From Octopus vulgaris (lineage: Eukaryota): a DNA stretch of 64,000 nt. Below the pieces are notes generated by a model. That model was not told the origin of the DNA. It saw only the letters and a list, made by a program, of their open reading frames with translations, and searched no databases. A program made the translations under genes and the position numbers. Below, piece after piece: positions 55,205-64,000 of this stretch; positions within the stretch are counted from its first letter, which is position 1; the number at the start of each line of letters is the position of its first letter. The stretch spans positions 79,422,001 through 79,486,000 of the forward strand of contig OX597823.1 in assembly GCA_951406725.2 (NCBI GenBank), in the 5' to 3' direction.

Positions 55205-55833
55205 GAGGTACGTATCGCAAATTAAGGAAACCTTGCTAGTGTCAGTTGGGAATGAGGGAGTATTCAAAGCAGAGAAAAAAAGAAAAAAACAAAAGAAGTA
55301 CAAAACGAACATGAAGAAGAATTACGCAACAAGGGACTGCATAATTAATTCCATGTAGCCACAACTGAGGTTGCTGGAAAATATAGGTTTGATTGGTTGA
55401 AGAAATGAGCCCTAAAAAAGAGACAGTACTATACTGGCAGCGTAAGATCAAGCTTTGGCTACGAATTGAAGGGTCAACCACAGGAATGAGTAAATGTTTC
55501 CATTGTGCCGCATTTGTAATAGCGTGAATGAAACCATTGCTCGTGTCGCGAACGAATGCACTAGACTTGCTCCAAACCACGACAAGTTGTGGCGACACAA
55601 TGAGGTTAGGAAAGTGCAACATTGGAAACTGTACGAAAAGTGGTGGGATAGAAGGAGGCAGGACGCGGTATGGCCACAAACTGCAGAAAGTGACGGAGTC
55701 GGAGATTAGCAAAATCCTATGGGGTTTCACAATATATACAGATCAGGTGCTAGAGCATAGAATACCGGACCTAATGGTGGTCGACAAGACGTACCACATG
55801 TGCTGTATATTTGTTGTTGCGTGCCCCTTTGAC
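55205..55833 (+). pseudogene. R4/Dong-type LINE C-terminal fragment (zinc knuckle and REL endonuclease)
   Basis: CRICNSVNETIARVANEC..RHN, KILWGFTIYTD..HRIPDLMVVDK..VACPFD. Confidence 0.8.
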
Positions 55834-55834
55834 C

Positions 55835-56190
55835 TACAGTGCGTAACTTGTACTTAATTTATCAATCCCGAAATGATGAAAGCAAAGTCGACCTCGGCGG
55901 AATTTGAACTCAGAACGAAGCGGCAGGCGAAATACCGCAAAGCATTTCGCCCGGCGTGCTAACGCTCCTGCCACCACGCCGCCTTACATTTTGTAAGACC
56001 AGCAATTTCATGGGAGTGGAGCAAGTCGATTACATTGATTCCAGTGTTCAACTGGTACTTATTTTATCGATTCGTGAAAGGATGAAAAGTAAAGTCGACC
56101 TCGGTAGAATTTGAACTCAAAACACGCAGACAGATGAAATGCAGCTAACCATTTTTCCCAACATGTTAAAGATTCTGTCAACACACCGTC
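55835..56190 (-). mobile_element. Two SINE family A copies
   Basis: aaagtcgacctcggcggaatttgaactc motif occurs twice. Confidence 0.82.
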
Positions 56191-56660
56191 TTTTGCGTAA
56201 TATTATTGATGATTTCGTGTAAAACATGAACATATCTCTATGTAGAATCTCTCAAACACGTTCATGAAACTATAATTAATGCACATTAAGATTCATAATA
56301 TAAATCTTGTATAAATTTTGTCCTACTCCATTCTTATGATAACAGCCTATATTCTGTATTCTATTTAATAATTGCTGCCTTATTCTGTCGACAAGATTAG
56401 AAACAAACGATATTTCTGTCAGTTAACTGTAAATAAAATCCATTATTGCTTTTATCTCTTCGTAATCACCTTTAACTATACATTTCTAAATACTCTCAAC
56501 TATTGTAAAACGCGATTACGTTTTGTCGTATTCTTGTGATCTAACCACCGAGACAAATTCACATCATTTCACTGCTAGTAATCGGTGCAACGAAATGTTA
56601 TTTTTATAGATTTGTGTTACAAGATCCCCGATGTGAAATCGTGTGTTGAAACAGATATAG

Positions 56661-57005
56661 TTGTATTTCGGGATGGTCATTTTTTTTGTCAAATAAATAC
56701 ACGCGCTATATATTCGTTTCTTACTCGTCTATTAGTTTTCTTATTCTAACTCATATCTATAGTGTGGAAATATTTCATCACATCTGTGACGTCTTCAGCG
56801 ACACTTTCCGTCTCTGTGTGTGCTCTCCTCCTCCTCTCATCTCATTCTCAGATGGAACGTGTCGTTGAAGAGGTCAGGGATGTGTGACGAAAGCTATCCG
56901 GACAATGGACGCGAGTTAGAATAAGAACAGTAATATACGAGTGAAGAACGAATATATAGTGCGTGTGCTTACTCGGCAAAAAGAATGACCCTCCCGAAAT
57001 GCAAA
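56661..57005. repeat. Diverged ~345-bp fold-back with a hammerhead-like motif in each arm
   Basis: ttgtatttcgggatggtcat pairs with atgaccctcccgaaatgcaa; cttcagcgacac pairs with gtgtcgttgaag. Motifs at 56762-56804 (minus) and 56859-56904 (plus). Confidence 0.75.
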
Positions 57006-57753
57006 AAGTATGTTATTTTTGCTTTATTAAAAGTCAAAAATGTTATATTTGCGATGAAGTTTCAGTTTGAACACAAAAGACAAGTAAGTACAATTCTATT
57101 GTTTAATAAGTAAGAAAAATTGCTTAATGAATAAAATAAGTTTTATGTTTAATGAATAAAAAAGTTTCAACTGATGTTACTGTGCTGTTAATGATCAAAA
57201 TGATGGTGAGGATGATGACAACGACGACGACAATGATGATATTATTATTAAATTGTTGATGCTGTTGATTATGATGATGGTGATAATGACAATAATATTG
57301 ATGTATAAAATAAAATAATGCATTCATCAATGCCAATGAGCAGAGTTTTTCTATTGTTGGTCCCTGATTTATCAGCGTGATTTTTTTTTTTCGAAACAGT
57401 TGTTGCACGGTTCCCTGACATTCTGGAAAGAGCAACCAAATTAGATTGTTTTATGTAAAAAAAAGAGGAAATACATATTGAATGAAGCAGTCCTAAACAC
57501 ACCACGTTTGGACAAAATCAAAGAGGTAGTCACGTCGAGATATCACTTTTAATCGTGTGACCGCTGGATCAATAATGACCGAGGGCTAATAAAGAATATA
57601 AGCAACAACAACAACAACAACAACAATGTAAAGAATTCCGCTTCTACTTCGTTATTACCATAATATATATAATATGAAATTAATTGGGAGAAACTAAAAA
57701 CTGCACACACTACATATTAAATAAGATTACGTGTTGAAAATACATAGGAAAAG

Positions 57754-57788
<35 letters not shown>

Positions 57789-58129
57789 CATTAGATCCCC
57801 GTGGCAGAATTGGAAAGTTATTAAATATTCGCATCTAATAACTATTTCTGTCCCCTGGCACAGCTGTTTCTGTACCATTTCTATTTAATATTTCTCTCTG
57901 GAATTTGGAGATCAAAGTGTTTTTCCATAAATAGAACCTGATCTACTTACACATACACAAGCTACTGCAGAAGTATACATGCATATAAATAATTCCCATT
58001 GACATGCAACAACACAGTGACGCATTTAAAATAAAGCCAATGACTTCCACCAGGTTCCATATCCATTACTTTAAAATAAGTAACGCATCAGCAAATACAA
58101 ATATATGGAATATATATATATATATATAT

Positions 58130-58375
58130 ACTCGCGGTCGAGGGATCGAGGATTCGAATCTCAGACCGGGCGATGTGTGTGTTTATGAGAGAAACACCTA
58201 AGCTACACGCTTCTTCTGACTCTTTCACCACAACTTTCTCTCACTCTTTCCTCCTGCATCTTGCAGCTCACCTGTGACGGACCGGCGTCCCGTCCAGGTG
58301 AGGAATCTATATGCCAAAGAAACCGGGCGACCGGCCCTAATGAGCCAGGTGTGGCTCGAGAAGGAAAAAACAAAC
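58130..58375 (+). mobile_element. SINE family D, 5'-truncated
   Basis: Homologous to 11064-11364. Confidence 0.85.
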
Positions 58376-58765
58376 ATATATAATGTATACGTGCATGTGT
58401 GTGTGAATGTGCGCGCGCAGGTGTTTGCATGTGTGTATGTGTATAAATGAGATAAACAAAAAAAAAACTGAGATAAACCTGTGGTTTATATTGTAACAAC
58501 ATGGACAAATACAAGTATAACATATAACATACGGTATACAGTACAAAATGACAATTAAGACCGGCTCCACTTGAGCAGAGGAGCTGATCTCAAAATTTAA
58601 TTCTTCAAAGTTGAGATGCCATACAGATAAAAGTTATGGACATGAGACGACAGTCGTAGACACATGTTTCTGATTCAATAGCCGATGTTACCATGATATT
58701 TGTATGTACACCCCCCACCCAGACACACACACACTGCAAGCCACTCTGTTTATATTCTTGTGTTC

Positions 58766-58801
58766 CTTTCTGTAGAAGAGCGTAGGCTCGAAACGTAAAA
58801 G
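58766..58801 (+). ncRNA. Minimal type-I hammerhead-like motif (CUGUAGA core)
   Basis: cttt CTGTAGA A GAGC gtag GCTC GAA ACGT A aaag. Confidence 0.6.
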
Positions 58802-58804
58802 ACT

Positions 58805-59430
58805 TAGCAGAAAGTTAAAGTCAGTATTCGATAAACTGTTACCAGTGAAGAAAAAATACGTGATAGTAAAGACGTGTTAAAATTCTTTAGAATCGGTGAT
58901 AACGTATATATAAGAATGTACAAAAATGGCAAGCAATACTGGGAAGAAAGAGAAATTGTAACATACATTCAAAGAACGATGTATGGCGTAAGAAGCAGAA
59001 GTGGAATGGAAAGGAGACATAGAAATCAGCTTAAGGAAAGACTCATAGAAAAGTAATCAACAAGGGTAGAAATACCGAGGGATTGGCTATATGACACTTC
59101 TCGGGTTCCAAAACCGTTACAAGAAGTCGAAAGAACACGCACAAGGAATAGGAAGATCAATGAATTCCGAAAAGTAGACCTTAAGAAGGAAAGTTATCGA
59201 GTATAAAAAATGGTGGAGCTGGGGGTGAATAAAAGAAATTGTTAAATCCGCCATTATAAATAGACCTGTAGCCGGTCGTCTAGAGAGGGCCGAGAATCGA
59301 AGGGTTGAGAGACGACCGTTTTCGTTGGTGTCTCTCGTGGAGCTATCACTGATAGTAAGACAGGAGAACTTAGTATATTACTATTCCGGGACGAAGAGAT
59401 GCAACGGTATCCGTTGACTAGTAACTATCA
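58805..59430 (+). mobile_element. Gypsy-type integrase C-terminal remnant with a possible downstream LTR
   Basis: FRIGDNVYIRMYKNGKQYWEE...MYGVRS...RRHRNQLK. A G-rich tract at ~59213-59227 is followed by a GC-richer segment; the LTR limits are uncertain. Confidence 0.6.
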
Positions 59431-59555
59431 TGGCTACTAGCGTAAAACAGCAATTACAATGCAACAGCAGTGACATATCAGACCAGTGGGAGGCACTCAT
59501 TTTACAACAATGTATATACAGAGGGATAGAGAGAAAGAGAGATACAGAGACTAAC

Positions 59556-59598
<43 letters not shown>

Positions 59599-59599
59599 C

Positions 59600-59646
<47 letters not shown>

Positions 59647-60114
59647 CAGATAGATAGATAGAAGCATATATATATTATTATATGATCGAATGCCACGCAT
59701 CCTTTTCCAAGTTAGTTAAATCTTAATAATTATGATGCGCACTCTTCTTCTTTACTATCTCTTCTCTATCTATCTCTCTCCTCCACTTGTTCTTCATCCT
59801 TTCTGGTTTTCTCTCCAGCCCTTCCCTATTCTTCTCCTCTTCATTTCCCCGTTCCTTCTCTCTCACTCCTCCTCCTAGACTCTCTCGTCGCTAACACGTA
59901 ATGAGAGGGAATCCATCTTTCCGACTACTACCTTCACAAAGACTAAACGGGTTTATCTTGTCTCTTCATAAGCTCGTCTCCTTAAACGTCCACAATAATT
60001 TTCCATCGTCTTGGCTTAACAACCCTCATCGTTTGTTTTTACTGTTTTTGTTCTCACTCTCCTGTTCTTGTTACCACTTTCACTCTCCGCAAAAAATACC
60101 AAATTTTATTTAAT

Positions 60115-60340
60115 TTGCTTTGCGGGAGGGACTGTTTCAACGAAGTCGCGTCTTGTCCTTATCTTCGAACGCAGAGTAGATGAAACAGGGACACCTGAAG
60201 AAGGGGAATATTCTCTATGTCGTATGTTTCGTTTCTCTGTTTTTTCGTTGTTCGTTTCTATGTTTTTGTGTTTATGTTTTCGTTTCTCATTGTGTTCAAC
60301 GTTTATTTTTATGTCCTGTACCCATATATGCATGTATATA
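60115..60340 (+). mobile_element. Short interspersed element flanked by microsatellites; second copy, inverted, at ~62420-62645 inside a SINE family B (62170-62856, minus)
   Basis: gctttgcggga(g/a)ggactgtttcaacgaagtcg...ctgaagaaggggaat is shared by both. Confidence 0.7.
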
Positions 60341-60754
60341 TTCATATATATGTAGGTATGTACATATATGTATGTATATATGCATATATTTATATTATAT
60401 TATATGATAAACATATATATATATATATATATATATATACGAATTTATGTATGGGTACAAAGATACATTTATTTCTACCTTCGTCTGTCTCCCCATACAC
60501 ACGCTCACACACACCCTCACACACACACATGCACACGCACCCACATATATATATACATACATATCGATGATGGCCTAGCTGATCGAAAGTTTGAAGCCAG
60601 TGTCAATACTATTCTTGTTAACGAATAATGATTTTGTACTCTACCACATGTAGCCAGTAGTCCTTCAAGACTGTTTTATAATAACGTAAAAACAAACATT
60701 AATGTATATATGCATGTATGTATGTGTGTTTATACATAAATATGTATGTGTGTT

Positions 60755-60789
<35 letters not shown>

Positions 60790-60884
60790 ACTTATACACA
60801 TATATGTACACATGTGTATACACATATATAAACTCAAATATGCATGCAATAATATACGTGCATACGTATGTGTATGTATAAAAA

Positions 60885-61061
60885 GAGAGAAGAAAAGAGA
60901 GTGGCAGAGGGAGAAAGAGAAAGAAAGAACGAAAGACAGAAAGGAAGAACGAAAGAAAGAAAGAAAGAAAGAAAGAAAGAATGAAAGAAAGGAAGAACGA
61001 AAGAGAGAAAAACAGAAAGCAAGAAAGAACGAAGGAACGAAAGTAAGAAAGAAAGAAAGAC

Positions 61062-61100
<39 letters not shown>

Positions 61101-61196
61101 ACGAAAAAAAGAAAATAGAAAGAAATAAAAAGAAAGAAAGAAAGAAAGACAGAAAGAAAGAAAGACAGAAAGAAAGAACGAAAGAAAGAAAATACA

Positions 61197-61236
<40 letters not shown>

Positions 61237-61308
61237 GAGAAAACAAGAAAGAAAGAAAGAAAGAATGTAAGAAAGAATGTAAGAAAGAAAGAAAAACAAA
61301 AATAAGAA

Positions 61309-61348
<40 letters not shown>

Positions 61349-61350
61349 AA
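60885..61350. repeat. (GAAA)n-rich polypurine tract
   Basis: Read directly. It explains the F/L/S-rich and K/E/R-rich ORFs. Confidence 0.95.
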
Positions 61351-64000
61351 CCGATTGATTGATAGATGCGAAAATATTTTCTTTTGCTTTCAATTGCAAT
61401 CTTTGAATGATTGAATGTCAATAGTTGTATTTAGAAGTTATTATTTCAGATGGCCATTTTATTTAACAAGTTAGGCATATGTAATTTACACTTCAGACTT
61501 TAAGTATATTTATTATATTTCCTGAGTCTTCTTGCTTAAAGGAAAACAAAAGAACGAAGAGATTTCCAATAGAGAAAATGTCAAACGCCCTTGACAAATC
61601 CACGGATTATTTTTGGGCGAAGAATAAGAAGAAGAAAAAATCTACTTCGATCGTGAAAGAAATACTTTCATATTATAGAAACGTAACGATGCATATGTTT
61701 AAATGACATACTGAATATTGTCAATAGCGGCAGGTGCAAGCGAGAAATGAAACTCTTCAAACAATTCCATTTCCAATTCTGTGAGTAGGTTTAAACTAGA
61801 CAACTCTTCAACAACCCTGTATTGATGCTGGGGTTCTAGATTTCACATTGACAGGATAGCAAATTGAAGCCAACTTGTTCGACTAACAGGACGCGGGTTA
61901 CGTGACTTTATCCAGTTTTCTATCACTCGAAAATTGATGCGAGCTTTCAAAATAAAGCCAATACATTAAACACATGCATACCGTCTCCACCTTCGCCAGG
62001 TTTTCCTGCAGTAAATTATCATTGAGAAATACAGTTTGCCATGAGAAGGCTGATAGGTCGATACAATCCATATTATGTCACGTGACCTGGCCGTAACTGT
62101 TAACGCGCAACGACCCGATCGAATTGATTTGCAATGTTGTACTTTAGGCAAGTACTAGAAATATACCTGTTCTTTTCTTTTATTCTTTTACTTGTTTCAA
62201 TCATTTGACTGCTGCCATGCTGGAGCACCGCCCTTAGCCAAGTAAATCGACTCCAGGACGTATTCTTTGTATGCTTAGTACTAAACAGACCAACATCGGC
62301 TATCAAGTGATGGAGGGAACAAACACATACATGTATATATATATATACAATAACAAATTAATAAATAAAACATTTGCATACATACATATATGTACATACC
62401 TACATCTATATGTATATATACATGCAGATATGGGTACAGGACACCAAAAAAACGTAGAACGCAGCGAGAAAAGAAAACATTAAAAAAACATGGAAACGGA
62501 CTTTTTCAATCAACGAAAAAACAGAGTACAAGACATACAACACAAGGAACATTCCCCTTCTTCAGCTGCCCCTGCTTCGACTACTCCGTGTTTCGAAGGT
62601 AAAAGCAAGACACGACTTCGTTGAAACAGTCCTTCCCGCAAAGCATATATATATATATATATATATGCGTGTGTGTGTGTGTGAGTGTGTGCGTGTGTGT
62701 GTGCGTGTATACGACGGAGTCTTTCAGTTTCCGTCAACCAAATCCACTCACAAGGCTTTGGTCAACTCGAGGCTACAGTAGAAGACGCTTGCCCAAGGTG
62801 CCATGTAATGAGACTGAACATGGAACATGTGGTTGGGAAGCAAGCTTCTTACCACTGAATATTTTTTTTACTAATAAAATACGTTATGATATTGTTGTTT
62901 TCTTTTTCCCTTTTTATGAACACAATAAACCAAATGTTAAATAGTATAAACTATAATGTCGTACCTCTGAAATAATTATTGATTACTCGATGGAGTGCAG
63001 TTCACAGCTAAATCTCTCTCAATCGCCAACCTTTCTCTGTAGAATGGTTAAATTCATGATATAAATTTGTTCTTGATATATTGTACCAGTAAATGAGTTT
63101 AGAGCGTCACAGCTAGAACGCCGTTTTGGAACTATATAGATCCATCTCAGAAATCCATAGCATTAAACATGAAGAGAACATGCAGTTAATCAACAGATCA
63201 GAAAATATCTAAAAAGCGGTGGTTTATGAGAACCGAAAGCGGAAATACTTCGAAATATTCTAACAATATACTCAAATATGTTTTGTTAGTGAAAACATCA
63301 AATTTTCGCATAAATGAGTTTTGAATCAAAACAAAACAAAAATAAAATCAGAGGTACCTGCTTTAAAGCCCTTCTCACGTAACTCGTAATGCTTTCAAAT
63401 ATCAAATGTAAACGTAAACATTCCTTAGAAAATTCAAAATGAAGCCAACATGAAGCACATTAACATAATTAATATATGCAAGCCATTGCCAGTTTTGCCA
63501 GTTTACCATTAGTTGCGTTTGCATCAATCCAAATTCTACACCTTATCACACTTCCAAGTACTATCAGTAAAAGGGGCGTCAACATATTCGACGCATCCAA
63601 GAATAAATAAACAGTACAGATAACAAAAGATGTGACGTAATTGCATAATCCCTAAACACCATTTATACCCTTAAAATTCCAAGTCATTCCCATACACCCC
63701 GCGAACTTTACTATCATGATATGTTAGAGTTTGGGACTTTGGGATGGAAGTTAAGAACATATTTAAAACCTTATTTCCTACGCTGATCCATCACAAGTCA
63801 CTCATTATCAATGCAATATTAATAAGCTAGTTAGAATATAGTCTTTGTATATGATCCTTGAATGTTTTCTATAACCTGCATACCTACAGTACGTAATCCT
63901 CAAGTTTCCAATTAATAATTTTCTTATAGCGGTACATGTCAGCAGTGGATATTATTGAGAAGAGAGAGGTCAGGACTATCATTGTATCAATTTTCGACGT

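Noticed and set aside
61400-64000. Relatively repeat-poor AT-rich stretch that might hold host exons or regulatory DNA (similarly 32470-33300 and 41550-43350)
   Set aside because: I see no ORF with recognisable motifs and no convincing splice-bounded exon. Short exons cannot be excluded without RNA-seq.

Overview
AT-rich, repeat-saturated eukaryotic non-coding DNA. The tRNA-derived SINE families, the density of (TA)n/(GATA)n/(CA)n/(TAA)n microsatellites and the transposon mix strongly suggest an octopus (coleoid cephalopod) genome; this is recognition of repeat families, not a database result. I found no intact host gene. Almost all ORFs in the supplied track are microsatellite or SINE translations. 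The real coding remnants are all transposon fossils: Tc1, mariner and pogo transposases, a Helitron helicase tail, CR1, RTE and R4/Dong LINE pieces, a probable LINE ORF1 and Gypsy integrase tails. The most interesting structure is about ten minimal type-I hammerhead-ribozyme motifs, several with non-canonical cores. They sit in short non-coding elements inserted in microsatellites, often as fold-back or tandem arrays, and look like Penelope-associated or retrozyme-like elements. Two stand out: a perfect 297-bp palindrome carrying a G3:C8-swapped hammerhead (37373-37669), and a 560-bp tandem unit with a canonical hammerhead in each copy (52041-53047). Also notable are SINE multimers whose units always restart at the same nucleotide, which suggests self-targeted insertion, and a Helitron flanked by an unexpected ~75-bp direct repeat. 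Coordinates were counted by eye, so the ends of degraded repeats are approximate.
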